A stretch of 53,612 nt of DNA from Neophaeotheca triangularis (Eukaryota). The translations under genes were made by a program, and so were the position numbers. Location of the stretch: NCBI GenBank assembly GCA_054600435.1, contig BAAIJX010000092.1:1-53612 (forward strand), read 5' to 3'. Positions 23,455 through 35,561 of the stretch are shown here, piece by piece. A model generated the notes under the pieces. That model saw only the letters and a list, made by a program, of their open reading frames with translations, was not told the origin of the DNA and did not search any database. Numbering within the stretch: position 1 is the first letter of the stretch; every line of letters starts with the position of its first letter.

Positions 23455-24765
23455 CTACGGCCACATCGTTCTGACAGCTTCATCTTCCCAGCCAGCGTCA
23501 AATCGCCCATACACTCGACTCAACTCATCTGCGAAGTGATCGTCTGGATCCGCAAAAGGGTCCTCAACGGCGGACATGAAGTGTCGTCGGAACGCAATGT
23601 TGTGGCTGAAGGAACTTCTGGCGTATCCACCATACGAAGTCGCCCTGAGCAGCATCTCAAAATCAAAGAGCCCTCGTTGATCCCAGCTCAGATTCTCCAA
23701 CTCTCTTGCATCATTACCACTGAGCAAATCCCATTTGCCGACGACGTGGATTCCGAGAGCCTTTGCCTTTTCCACAAAGCGCTCCTCATCATCATCGTTG
23801 CCGCCAGCAGCAAAGATGACGCTCACGTTTGCCGCTTGCGCCTGCGCAATGTAGTGGTCTGTCTGCTCTTCGAAATCAGGGTTCCAGCCCGCTTTCACTG
23901 CATCGTCCGACGTCCGCACGTGCGCTCCGAAGTAAGCGTGACTATAGATGTTCTCACTCGGATCGATGGCCAGCTTAAACCGCTGCGAGAGCTCGTAAGT
24001 AGCGACGGCCACCAGCCGCCTCACATCAGGCCTGAACTCCAAGATCCGGCCGAAGTTGTAGTAGAAAGGGATGCCATCATCAAGCACCGCCCTCCCTCTG
24101 CCAGGATCATTCGATGTGATAACATACGGCGCTTCTTTCCCCTCCGCCCCGGCAATCCACTGATCAATCCACCCATCAAACTCCCTCCGCCACGCCGAAG
24201 GCTCCTCTAGACTACTAACATTAATCCCGCTCGCGAACGCCGGAATTACCAACCCTGTATCCGTCCATCCGGCTTCCTCGAAATCATAAACATCCATGCG
24301 CGGACACGCCGTCTCCAAAACCTCCCTATAATGCTCGCGATCGAAGAAATGCTCGAACCCCGCCTCGTCCCCCACGAGCTCGAACAGATCACTCGGCGCC
24401 CGCCGGTGGAAATGCGGCACCACTATCGAAGCGCCCGCTTCCATGGCGAACCGCGTGCAGTGCAGCATGTAGCTGCGGATGTTTCCGACGCCGCCCGTGC
24501 CCGGGGCGCATTTCACTACGATGTCTGTGCGAGCTGGTCGGGCGGCGCAGAGGTCGCGGATCGCGGTTATGTTGAAGGGGTCGCTGACTTGGGTTGCCAG
24601 CGCGCGGGTTATGAAGTCGGTTTTGTCCGGTGCTGGGTAGTTTGAAGGGCGGTGGAGTGCAGAGAGTGCGGTGTTGATGTGTGTTGGGTGGGTTGCGAGG
24701 TAGTAGAGGGGGCTTAGGGTGAGTATGACTAGGACGAGCTTGGTCCAGAGCGGGTAGGGACGCAT
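23455..24765 (-). CDS. Type II membrane O-fucosyltransferase-like (GT-B fold) protein
   Basis: N-terminal TM from ATG at 24765 (MRPYPLWTKLVLVILTL), GGVGNIR, YFGAHVRTSDD, FDFEMLLRATSYGGYARSSFSHNIA resembling O-FucT motifs. Confidence 0.7.
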   Translation of the reverse strand: MRPYPLWTKLVLVILTLSPLYYLATHPTHINTALSALHRPSNYPAPDKTDFITRALATQVSDPFNITAIRDLCAARPARTDIVVKCAPGTGGVGNIRSYMLHCTRFAMEAGASIVVPHFHRRAPSDLFELVGDEAGFEHFFDREHYREVLETACPRMDVYDFEEAGWTDTGLVIPAFASGINVSSLEEPSAWRREFDGWIDQWIAGAEGKEAPYVITSNDPGRGRAVLDDGIPFYYNFGRILEFRPDVRRLVAVATYELSQRFKLAIDPSENIYSHAYFGAHVRTSDDAVKAGWNPDFEEQTDHYIAQAQAANVSVIFAAGGNDDDEERFVEKAKALGIHVVGKWDLLSGNDARELENLSWDQRGLFDFEMLLRATSYGGYARSSFSHNIAFRRHFMSAVEDPFADPDDHFADELSRVYGRFDAGWEDEAVRTMWP

Positions 24766-25073
24766 TGTTGTAGATGATGCCGTCGGGACAGAGATGGGAT
24801 ATGATCGTGATGGCGAGGGACTGGAACGACTTGGTCGTGCTTGATGAAAGGCCGGGTTGAGTGCTGAATTGATTGTGGCATTGCACGAGCAAGGGGGTGA
24901 GTCTCTTGGTGGTGCTTGATGCAAGGTGAAGCCGGGCATTCCACCCACATTCTTGGAAGGTGTCCCTCACGCGAAGACTGCAAAGTCCCAGTTCGATCCT
25001 GTCGAAGGGTGTATGTCCGCCGCTAATAGTCGCTAATATAACAATACAACAATCCAAACCACGCACTTTTTCC

Positions 25074-27337
25074 TCAAATCCAAGTCACAGTCTGCCGCTC
25101 AAGCCTCGCCATACTCTGCGGTTTGCCATCGCGATACGCCATCTCCATCCTCGACTGCTCATACGACCCATCATCCTCATCCCGCATCGCACCAGCCTCA
25201 TACTCGGGACCTTCGTAATCGGAATAATTGGAACTCCGCCGATTCTCCGCGCGGGGGTTCATCGCATGCGTCGTTAGTCTGCGCCGGTCCTCTTCCTCCG
25301 CCCAATCCATCCTCCTCTCCTCCTCGGCTTCGCGTTCCGTTTGTCTCCGGTCCTGTTCCTCCGCCCAATCCAATCTACTATCCTCCTCGGCCTCGCGCTG
25401 CGCTTCCAGATCACCATCTTTAGCATCCATCTCGTCTTCGCGAGCGGCACCTACTTCTTCCACCCTTCCCTGCTTTTGATCGAGACTGTATTGTTTCACC
25501 CAGAAAGTCGAGATTGTCGCGAGGAGGGACACGCCGGCCATGACGATGTACACGGTCCGTAAGGCGTCGGTGTAGGCGGTGCGCATGGCGTATCTCTCGT
25601 CGCTGGCGTCGGCTTTCCGCATCCATGGTACTAATGCTGCCGCGTTCTCCGCCAGGTCGTCTGCTTCGGAGCTTGACAGGCCTTGGTCTTGAAGTTTGGT
25701 TGCTAGCTCGCTGAACAACAGGCGTTAGCGGATCCCTGTGATGAGTGCGAGGAAAAGATTGCTTACTTTTGGAAGATGTTGCCGCCGATTGCTATGCCCA
25801 GAGTTTGACCAAGGCCGCGGAAGAAGGCGAACATGGCCACAGCGTGGGCTTGATTTTTGGGTTCAGAAGCTGCTTGGAGTTGAAACTGGAGAGCAGGGAA
25901 GAGGCTGGAGTGTGGCATTAGTAGGAATTCCGTGCACATAGTTGGCCATTTTGCTCACCTTCCTAGACCAATGCCGGCGATGAGATCGGTATGTAAGACC
26001 TGTATCAATGGCGTCTCAATGTCAATCGCGCAAAGGAACGCCAGACCCATAGTTGTCGCGACCCAACCGAACCACACAGCCCAGAGGTATTTGCCACTCT
26101 TGCTGGCAATCAGGCCAACAATGATTGCCATAGGCGCTACGGTGAAGGTAGCCGGGAACATTGCAACACCGGCCATGATCGGCTTATATCCACGAACACC
26201 TTCGAAATAGAGCGGTTGATAGTACAGCAAGGTCCATAAAACCATCCCGTGAGCGGCCGTTGTCAAATAAGCGATGTTTGTGGTCCGGTTCCCAAAGACC
26301 TCCAGTCTGATGACGGCTTCACTGGCCACGAAGCGTTCGTACATCAAGAGCACGCCCAACCCGCATACACCAAAGCCTAGAGGCATAAAGACCTGGTAGG
26401 TGTCCCAGTCGTACATGATGCCGCCCCAGGTCAGAGGCAATGTGAAGGCGGTCATGCTGGCGATGAAAATCGCAGATCCAATCCAGTCGACTTTTCGCAT
26501 CTTCATTCCTAAGCTCATCGCAGGACCTTTGAGTCGAATGAACATGGCCACCAGAATAAACGCCACGACAATAAACGGCAGGTTCAGATGGAAGATCCAC
26601 GGCCACCTATCCTCGTGAGCCAGTGCGCCTCCCACTACCGGTCCAATCACACTCCCAAACGCCCACATGGCTCCCAGCAGGCCCATCCAACTGCCTCGAA
26701 ATCGCAAGGGTACAAGGTCGGTGATTAGAACATTTGTCAGAGCGATGATACCACTACACCCAGCGCCCTGGAGTGACCGGCCGGCCAACATAACAGTCAT
26801 GTCTGGCGCTGTACCGCATATGATAGTCCCGGCGCAAAAGATCACGACAGCGACCAGCACCGTCTGTTTCCGCCCAAAGAAGTTGCTAAAAGATGCGTAG
26901 ACCGGTTGGAAGATTGTCAGAGTTAGTAGAAACGAGGTCCCGGCCCAGAAGGATTCTATCGCCGTTCCGCCTAATTCTTCCGCTATTGTAGGTAAGGCGA
27001 CAGATATTGACGTGCCTTCCAGGGCGATGACGAGGGTTAGTGATGCCAGAGCGGAGAATGCCAAGTAGAGTCGAAGGTCGGGTTTGAAGCCTTCGTCCTC
27101 TGGTGGAGGGGCGACGACTGTTCTGGGCCGCCTAACGGTGCGGGTAACTCGTCTTCCCGTGGACTTTTCGAACTCTTCCAGCGGTACGTCGGTCCATTGT
27201 GAGGAGGTTGGTGAAGGGCTGCCATATTGTGTGAAGCGGGTTCGGTCTCCAGGTGTGTTGGCGCTGGCGAGTCTGCCTCTGTCCTCTGCTGAGAGATTGA
27301 GGACCCCAGAGGGCATAAACACGGAGAATCGGTTCAT
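25074..27337 (-). CDS. MFS drug:H+ antiporter (DHA2 / 14-TMS type), 3 exons
   Basis: SNFFGRK, GRSLQGAG, DLVPLRFRG, GPVVGG, WPWIFHLNLP, VDWIG. Introns 25958-25905 and 25766-25711 restore SLFPALQFQLQAAS...FFRGLGQTLGIAIGGNIFQNEL. Confidence 0.9.
25284..25397 (-). repeat. 63-bp (21 aa) tandem duplication in the acidic C-terminal tail of the MFS transporter
   Basis: REAEEDSRLDWAEEQDRR versus REAEEERRMDWAEEEDRR. DNA copies start at 25284 and 25347. Confidence 0.85.
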
Positions 27338-28531
27338 GCTGTACAGTCGTTCTTCTGCACGGAGCGGTGGGAATGTCTGCTAGGACAGACGGTGAGTCCT
27401 GGACCAAGGGGTGTACTGTAGATAGTCACAGCTCCGATCACGCCAGATTGGATCTCCGGTAAGTTACACAAGACAGAAGCGCTTCGTCAACCTCAAGGCT
27501 GACAAGACCAAATACAGCAGTAGGCACGTTTCACACGTTGTTAATCTTCGTCGATCGTCGGCGTTGACTGAGAGAAAATGGCGTGTCAGCCCAAGGGATT
27601 CCAAGTGATTTCGTCGACGAAACATCCAAGGTGCCGGAGGCCGGAAGGACTTGGTCCGCCATGCCGCCTACAGCAGTACCGTCAGTGGTACCTTGACCTC
27701 TGTCCTTCAGCAAGGCCATCGTTGTTCAAAACGAACAATCGAGTCAGTTTGATGTTTCAAAGTCGTCTCTTGAGACGATCAGCCAACCTTCTTCCGGTTC
27801 GCGGGCAGCGGCTGCAACCGCGATCTTCCCGAGCTGGACGACGTGCTTCTTCCCGTTCATCAACCTCATTCACTCCTTTTTTTTTTCAACACCATCTCCC
27901 GCCCTGCGCTCAAGGTGTTAGCAACGGGGCAACGCCCTTTGATTGCAACAGTTCCAGTTCAACGACTTTGCACCATACCAACATTGCCAATAATGAGACA
28001 GAAGCTCTGCCAATGGCACTCTCCCACTGCCGAGGCTCTCTCCTCCCGCCTCTGCCAACATCCCTCCTGAGTCGAGTGTGGTGCCTGTCACTTGAACCTA
28101 AATTGTACGAGTTGAAACCCCCAAGATCAAGGTAAAGGTCGCCTCTAGACGACTTTCTGTCACCGCTTCGCCTTATCCGCCATGGCACGGACACGTGAGG
28201 CACAACGGCAGCATTGTCCGTACTGTCGAGTCCCGAGATGAGTAGTTGGTGCACAAAGTGAGCCGTTCGGATGCTTTTCGTCATACCCTTTCCGAGCCCT
28301 CACACACTTCTCAATACATATCTGTCTTGGAAGTCTCGTCCACTGACTTTGGCGACACTCTTGCTACATTCCCTCATCCCACCTTTCGTCATTCCTTTCA
28401 TAAAGCATCGCTGGTCGAACAGACAGTCGCAGGTCGACATTTTCAATCGAATTTCTTCAATCCCAATACCCTACATTCAGCAGCATACATCGATCTTTTG
28501 ATCTCTCTCGAAAAGCGTAGACTCCAGGAAG

Positions 28532-29290
28532 ATGGTCTTCGGCAGCATCAAACCCGGCCCCATCCTCGAATACCCACTAATCGAACACAATCTCGACCGC
28601 ACTCTCCGACCCATACTCATCAACCTGCGCAAGATCAAAGGTAAGCGGGGCTGGTTCGTACGGCGTATCTGCCCCCTTACGCCGGCTTGCCGGAACGCAA
28701 CAAAAGAGTTCCTAGCCCACCAAGCCCTGCAAGTCGGCCAATATTGTTACGAACTGCATACCGATGAGGCAAATCAAAAATACTTGATCGCCCAACGTCT
28801 TACGGGGGATCAAATCTGGATGCCCAATCTTGCGCAGTGCGTGGTTGGATACACGGATCTGACGGACGAGGAGATTGCCATCACAGGTGAGCATTCCAAT
28901 CCAGGCAATTGTCAACTTTTTCTAACAAGACTGACAATTCCTTTTCTTTTAGCAATGAAAGTGCAATCGTGGCAACGCAACCGCAACGGCGGACGCTACC
29001 ATGTCCGACGCAACAACTGCCAACACTTTGTACACGAACTCTGGCGTCGTATCTGCACCGATGGCCACGGCCGCCACCCCGACATCACCGACGAAAGCCT
29101 GGCAGTACTGGGCTCCGTCGGTCCACGTTTTAAAATCGAATGGGACGACAGGTTGGACATTATGGAGCACCAGTCTACCAAAGCCATGATGTCTATGAAG
29201 CTGAAGGGTTCGCCTTCGTTGGAGGCGCTGGGGATTGGTGTCAGGGTCAAGGAGTGCTCGGCATCGGAGTCGAGCGTGGAAAGTGGGTGA
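28532..29290 (+). CDS. PPPDE/DeSI-like permuted papain-fold peptidase
   Basis: HQALQVGQYCYEL (His at 28718) precedes YHVRRNNCQHFVHEL (Cys at 29018). Probable in-frame 66-nt intron 28887-28952 (GTGAGC...CTGAC...TAG). Confidence 0.7.
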   Translation: MVFGSIKPGPILEYPLIEHNLDRTLRPILINLRKIKGKRGWFVRRICPLTPACRNATKEFLAHQALQVGQYCYELHTDEANQKYLIAQRLTGDQIWMPNLAQCVVGYTDLTDEEIAITGEHSNPGNCQLFLTRLTIPFLLAMKVQSWQRNRNGGRYHVRRNNCQHFVHELWRRICTDGHGRHPDITDESLAVLGSVGPRFKIEWDDRLDIMEHQSTKAMMSMKLKGSPSLEALGIGVRVKECSASESSVESG

Positions 29291-30225
29291 TTTCTTTGCA
29301 GGGCAAAAACGGCGTTTTCGGGGATGATTCGTTTGCTTGCAGCGTTTACAACTACCCATTCGTTCTTTTCTTTGTCTACAGAATTCACAACACCGCAAAG
29401 CGTAGATAGTTGCGTAGCGAGATCAGCCCGGCGTAGCTACATTACCAATACTCTTCCAGCAGCATCGCGTGCCATGCAGTTTGCGAATTCAACAAAACCA
29501 TCAAAACCAAGCACCAAAAACCCCAGAGAACCTTCGAAACACGGCAAGACGTCTCGATCCAAGCATCCAAGTCCGCGCCAAAAAAAGCACAGTGTCAAAA
29601 ACGGCCGCTACAGCATTCGTCTCGGAAACGTCTCACGTGGTCTCAAGCCCGTCTCAAACTCTAAAGCTTCGAAACGTCAAGCTTGCCAAGCCTTTTTCAG
29701 ACCTAGACTACCTTACTCAAACTACTAGTAAAGGTGAGGGATGATGTGAGGCGTGAGATTTGGTAGACGTCAGTGCTTTTGGTGGTTTCGAATGTTGCGA
29801 GGACTTTGGTTATTGGTCAAGGATGGGCTGGGTTGTTGCGGATGGGCTTCGAGGGCCTTGGAGCGTGGCTGGGGCTGTGGCGGTTTCGGCTGGTGTTTCG
29901 AGAGGTTTGGGTTGGGTTTTGGTTGTGAGAGCATGGGTGGTGGTGGTGTGATAATGGTGATGATTGATTATGTACGCTTCTTCTGGAGGATGCTTCTGCT
30001 TTTCTCGGATTGATTGATTGATTGCTTCTCTCACCTCTCGCCTCGTTGTTTTTTGATCCTTCGTTCTGTTGTACGCTTTTGCTCTTCTTGTTGCACTCTT
30101 TCTTCGTTTACTTGGGTATCTGCACGCTGGTCGTGGGAGCCGTATACATTCCCTACTTTTTTGATTTCTACTCTACAATTGTCGTCGAGCCGGGCTGCGA
30201 CGCTTTTGGTGCAAACACGAACAAT

Positions 30226-31400
30226 ATGAACACGCTCAACCACCTCGTGCGCCGCTCCGGCGGCGTTACAGGCGACTGCACAATCGAGACCTGTCCAGTG
30301 GAGGCTTCCATCTGTACTGTCCACCCACTTACTCTCCCCAACCCTTACGCTCGCCCACTAATGAACCCCATCTCAGACGGCTACTACCCAAGCCTCGGCT
30401 TCAACTCAGCCTTCGTAGCCATTTTCGCACTCTCCGCCGTAGTCTACTACCACCAACTCCTGCTATTTAAAAGCTACCGCTTCTTCAGCGCCTGCATGGC
30501 ACTCGGCTGCCTGCTTGAAGCGGGCGGCTACATCGGCCGCATCTTGCTCCACGACGACCCCTTCTCCCGACTCGGGTTTGACTTGAACGTCATTCTGCTG
30601 ACCGTGGCGCCTGCTTTCCTCTCCGCCGGAATTTACGTCACCATCAAGACGCTCACGCAGACCTTTTCGCCCGGTCTGAGTCGCCTGCGCCCATCGTGGT
30701 ATCCCTGGGTTTTCGTCGTTTGCGATGGCGTTTCCATCACGCTGCAAGCTGTCGGTGGAGCCATGTCGGCGAGCGCGGAAGACATGGATGTCCTGGACGC
30801 GGGCGTCAACGTCATGATCGCTGGGTTGGTGAGCCAGGTGGTCACGCTGAGTGCGTTTGTTTACTTGTGCGTCGAGTTCTTGATGCGGTGCAAGAAGAAT
30901 CCCGGGAAGTTGAACCCGGGTACGGCGAAGCTGGCCAAGACGGGGAGGTTTCAGCTTTTTGCTGGCGCGTTGGCGGTTAGTTTTTTCTGCATTTATGTGA
31001 GGTGTGTCTATCGCATTGCAGAGTTGAGTGGGGGGTGGGGGAATGAGATTATGAGGAATGAAGCTGAGTTTATTGTTTTGGAGTCGGAGTGAGTTCGGTC
31101 CCTTCCCATTCTTCTTGCACGGCTTCCCTGATTGCTGATGCTTTTCGCAGCATGATTGTCATCTCCGCCATCGCGCTCAACGCCTTCCATCCTTCGATAT
31201 TTTTCAAGGAGCCCAAGACCGAGCCCGATTTTATCGTCGACGAGCACGGTGACTTCAAGAAGAACAACATGGCTGCTGACATGGCGGAGAAGGACTACTG
31301 CCGCAGGTGTCGCAGGGGTACTCAGAGCCCGCCGCCGAGGGTGAGGCCTCGCGTCGGTCTCAACAGGCAGCCGAGTAACCCACCCTACTACAAGGTGTGA
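30226..31400 (+). CDS. RTA1/RSB1-family lipid-translocating exporter, 3 exons
   Basis: CTIETCPVEASI|YGYYPS, LEAGGYIGR, APAFLSAGIY, CDGVSITLQAVGG, VRCVYRIAEL, FHP. Introns 30314-30376 and 31089-31150. Confidence 0.92.
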
Positions 31401-31945
31401 GGGCTGGTGACAACGTGGCAGGTGAGTCGGCGAAGTCGAGATTTACGCGCTCGATTCCCTCGTTTTGCTAGATAGTGAGTTTATGCTTGATCCAGACAGG
31501 CATTGAAAATTCGTCCGAGACTTCGTCGTGTAGGCAACCCTTCGCATAAGATGCCGAGCCATTCCCGCCCCCTTATTGCCCTTATTTGAACCCATGATCC
31601 CGCACCTTCAACCGAACCCCTGCTCTTGGCCGTTCCCGGACTTGGGCTTAGCGTAGCCTGACTATTCGCCAATCACTCGTGCTCTTAGAGCATCATTGCG
31701 GCCCAGAATAACCGCTACTGGTCTTCATCTTTGAAGCCGCATGACATGCCGATGGTCGAGTCCCAAGTACACAGTCCCAGACAGCGTCCTCTGCACGTTT
31801 CCTGCTCTGATCATTGGACATGCTTCCTGGCAAGAGCTTCAAGGCCTGTTACATCCGGTGCAAGCGAGGACCCCCAGTGACTCATCGTCTTCAGGGACCA
31901 GCTACTGCTAGTCAACCTCCAACAGCAACTCATCCAGTACCCTCC

Positions 31946-32251
31946 TCACCGGCCCCTCGTATCCACTTCCGAGCTATCGGACACATTCTGCACCTGTCTG
32001 TACTCCTCTTCCAATTTGCGTTGCATGTCGAAATCGAGTTGGCGTTCTTTCTTCAGTTTCTGCTGCTCCATGTCGCGGATGACACCTTGGTGCATTGCCT
32101 GTAGTTCTGCGTTAGTGTGCCGGTTCGAAGCTCTGCGATGTTTTAGAGGGCGTACGGCTTTGTCGGCTTTTTGCTGGTAGTGGACGAAGATGACGATGCC
32201 GATTGCACCAAGGGTCGTTGATGCTAAGGTTGCTTTTGCTCGGGTTGACAT
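31946..32251 (-). CDS. PET117: Cytochrome c oxidase assembly factor Pet117, 2 exons
   Basis: IVIFVHYQQKADKA|AMHQGVIRDMEQQKLKKERQ. In-frame 57-nt intron 32155-32099. Confidence 0.92.
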   Translation of the reverse strand: MSTRAKATLASTTLGAIGIVIFVHYQQKADKAVRPLKHRRASNRHTNAELQAMHQGVIRDMEQQKLKKERQLDFDMQRKLEEEYRQVQNVSDSSEVDTRGR

Positions 32252-32543
32252 GGTTGTGGGTTGTTCAATTCAGAATGAAGAGGACGAGAAGTACGTATAT
32301 GAATGTGCCCAGGTGGTGATGGCTTCAAGATTGACATCCGTAAGGTACTGTACTTCCTGTATGTTCGAGGCGGCTCAAGCGGGTACAGCCGGCGCTAATG
32401 TGGCAGCTCTAGCCTGGCGCGTGCTGGAGCTCGACCTCATGCCTTCCTAATGCGACCGACTGAGCTACACGTACAACCATAACGAGTACCTGTGTTCTTC
32501 CCTTCAAACAACCCTTCGATACCGTTCAATCGAACCACTCAAG

Positions 32544-33247
32544 ATGGTACGATAGGGCAAGCATAGCTGCTGTCGGGACCTGCTGACACTTCATACTCCA
32601 GGCCGCTCAAAACAGCGCCGGCATCCAGACGCTGCTCGACGTATGAGCTAATCCCTCCCTCTGAGGCCGACAGTCACTAATGAGGTTCCCTAACAGGCCG
32701 AGAGAGAAGCCCAGAAGATTGTCCAAAAAGGTCAGCCCTCCCCTCCTACACGACTCTCCTTCAACTTCCACTGACCCCCAACAGCCAGAGAATGTACGCC
32801 GCCCTTACATCCCTCGACGAGCGCCCACCACTCCAACCTGCCGCGCTGTCTCGATAACATTCCTAGTGCCGTCCCACTAACTCCCCCCCGTAGACCGCAC
32901 CAAGCGCGTAAAAGACGCCCGCTCCGAAGCCCAAAAGGAGATCGAAGACTACAAGAAGAGCAAAGACGACGAGTTCAAGCAATTCGAGTCATCGGTATTT
33001 CCGCCCTCCTACAATAAAAGATTATAGCCACCGTCTCTGCTGCAGTGAGCTGACATTGCTTTGTCTTCAGCACTCTTCCTCCAACCAAGACGCCGAGAAG
33101 CAGGCCGACAAGGAGGCCGAGGCCAAGCTCAAAGAGATCAAGCAGATTGGGAACAAGACTGGTGACAAGGTCGTCAAGGACTTGATGACGGCTGTTGTGG
33201 ATGTGAAGCCGGTCGTGCCCGATCGGGTTGAGGCGCCGGCTGCATAA
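32544..33247 (+). CDS. VMA10: V-type ATPase subunit G, 6 exons
   Basis: Spliced product M-AAQNSAGIQTLLD-AEREAQKIVQKA-RE-YRTKRVKDARSEAQKEIEDYK... Exons: 32544-32546, 32602-32640, 32697-32730, 32785-32793, 32894-32994, 33071-33247; all introns GT-AG. Confidence 0.95.
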
Positions 33248-34075
33248 AGTTGTGTCAGGAGTTGAAGAGCAAGAGGGCAGTCGGGCGGAAGATATGGCTT
33301 TGTTTATATCAGCAGGAGTTTTAGGGTTTGCTATGGCTTTGCAGATCTAGGTCTCGATTTGCTATTTGCATAGATGTCTTGCTTTGCTTTTTCCCTGGCT
33401 TCGTGGCTGTCAACACGGGACGACCGGAAAGGTCTCGGATGTCTGGCTCTTTCAATAAAGCCAAGATCTTCCTGATTCGAGCGCAACAGGTAAGTCTATG
33501 GCTTTGTGCTGCTGATCGTCTTAATCGAGCAGCAGCAGGACTTCCACACAGCAACCATCTCACTTCATGCGGATCCATCTGCCTCGCGCTTTCCAGCCCC
33601 GAGATACAGGGTCACGTGACCACGACCTTTCCGATACTACGGAGACAAACTACATAGATAGATCACAGCGAGAGCTGTCTGCTCGAACTCATCTCTTGCG
33701 CCCAAGTCACAGGCTTCGAATCGCAAATCCACAGCCGTAGGGAGGCTTGAGGGTCGCGAGCGGCACCCTAGCTCGGCTTGACACTTCATCAGAAAAATAC
33801 AATTTGGCATTCAAAGAGCCAGCATCTCGGGGAAAAGATCATTACCAACCTCCGCCGAGCGCCTCAAATCTCGTTTACCAGAGGGAATTCAAAGATGTCG
33901 CGGGCCATACTCAGCGATCAAGTCACTCGTTACCATATGAAGAGAATCAGCTTCTGCAGGTCACGAATTGCGCAGGCGTAATGATTAGAGCGATGACCAC
34001 CCCAGGCCATCGACTCCATACCCGACGCCGCCTCTCACGCTGGTTATCTAACGCGTGAACACGGTCCAAACGGTC

Positions 34076-35561
34076 ATGATGGCTACTGTATTCCGGCGCT
34101 CCGTACTATGTCGCTCGCCGGCCACTTTCCGCAGATCTCACTCAGCGTCTGCGTCCCTTTCTCCCTTTCCGTTCCTCTGCACTACTCCTGTGACCTTCGA
34201 GATCTTGCTGAGCCTGTCCACCGCTATCGGCGAGGGGATTTCCATCCATTGCACCTCGGCGATTAGTTGAACGACGGTAGGTACAGAATCGCCCACATAC
34301 CAGGATGGGGATGCTATTTGACAGCATGGGCTGCTGAAGGTTGGCGGTAGGTCTTCCGCAAACCCAATTGAGCGTACCGCATACTGACCAAATTGGAGAA
34401 CCGACCAATTAGCCGTAAAAGTCTCTTGCTCCGGCGCGGTCAACCGTGAACGTCTCAGGGTAATCTGAAAAGTGCATTGCTATCGATTCCTTCTCCGCAC
34501 GCGTCGAGGATGCTCGATCACTTTGATCTCCAAGGACCTGAGGGCACCCACGTGTGCACTGTGTGAAAGCCAGTGGGTCCCAGCATACTCTTACGTCGAT
34601 ACATGGCGCAATGACGGCCGGCTGCCGGCAAAGGTGGCGAAGTGCGCTGCGTTGCAGACGCCTCGAGGACTGCAAACGTTACACGAGCGGGGTATGGCTC
34701 ACGGAAGTAGGTCCGATTATGGTTCTGGGCGCCTCTGAAATCTGCTGATGGCACAAAGATCTTCATACAAAAAACGTAGCTCTCGCTGCCCCGATAGATG
34801 GCATCACTGCCAAAGCTCTCCTCTTGAACCTGGATAAGCCTGATACCGGCGAAATCAAAAGAACCAACGGGCTACCTCTTGAATCAGGCGTTCTTTCGTA
34901 TCTCGTTGCTCCTGCGGCACTGCCGAGAGAGCTCTGGAATGCATCGACTTGCCACAAGATCATCGATTCGGAAAATCCTTCGTCGACGCCTCGCCTCCGT
35001 GCACTCTGCACACACCAATAGCGGTTCTTGCACCCGAGATCGTCTCCAAAGACCGCATCGACCACAGGGTGGAATTATGGAGTATGGGCTACATGGTAAG
35101 TAATGCTTACGCGGTGCTGACAGCCACGTGCGAAGCTCGACGATTGACGGAACTGAAGCTTTTCGAACTCGTGACCGGCCAGCCGCCCTTTGACAGCATT
35201 CTATCGACGCCCAAGAGCCTCGTTCGTCAAATGCTTGAAACGGTGGACGATGAGCTACCTACACGCTGGCAGCAGACTTTCGATCGAGTGGAGAGTACCG
35301 CTTCTTACGAAGGCGACGGCTTAGGTCTTCGGAATATATTGGAGGACGTGTACTTTGAGGATGGCCGAGTCTAGGGATTTTCTCGAGATGATATTGTCAG
35401 AGTCGGGGAGCTGGTTGCCTATGCTGCTGAAGCCTGAGCCTGCTACCAGGGCCTCTGCAACCGAGATTGCTGGGAATGACTGGTTTCGTGACGCCCGTGG
35501 AGGCTGTGGCGGGAATTTTGGTTCGATGGCAATTGAGAATGGTTATGAAAGCGCCAACTAA
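34076..35561 (+). pseudogene. SRPK-like (CMGC) protein kinase pseudogene
   Basis: AEPVHRYRRGDFHPLHLGD*LNDGRYRIAHIPGWG (TAG 34264-34266), MLDHFDLQGPEGTHVCTV*KPVGPS (TGA 34564-34566), LHTKNV, LAPEIV, LFELVTGQPPFD, LLKPEPATRASA. In-frame stops and frame changes throughout. Confidence 0.85.
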
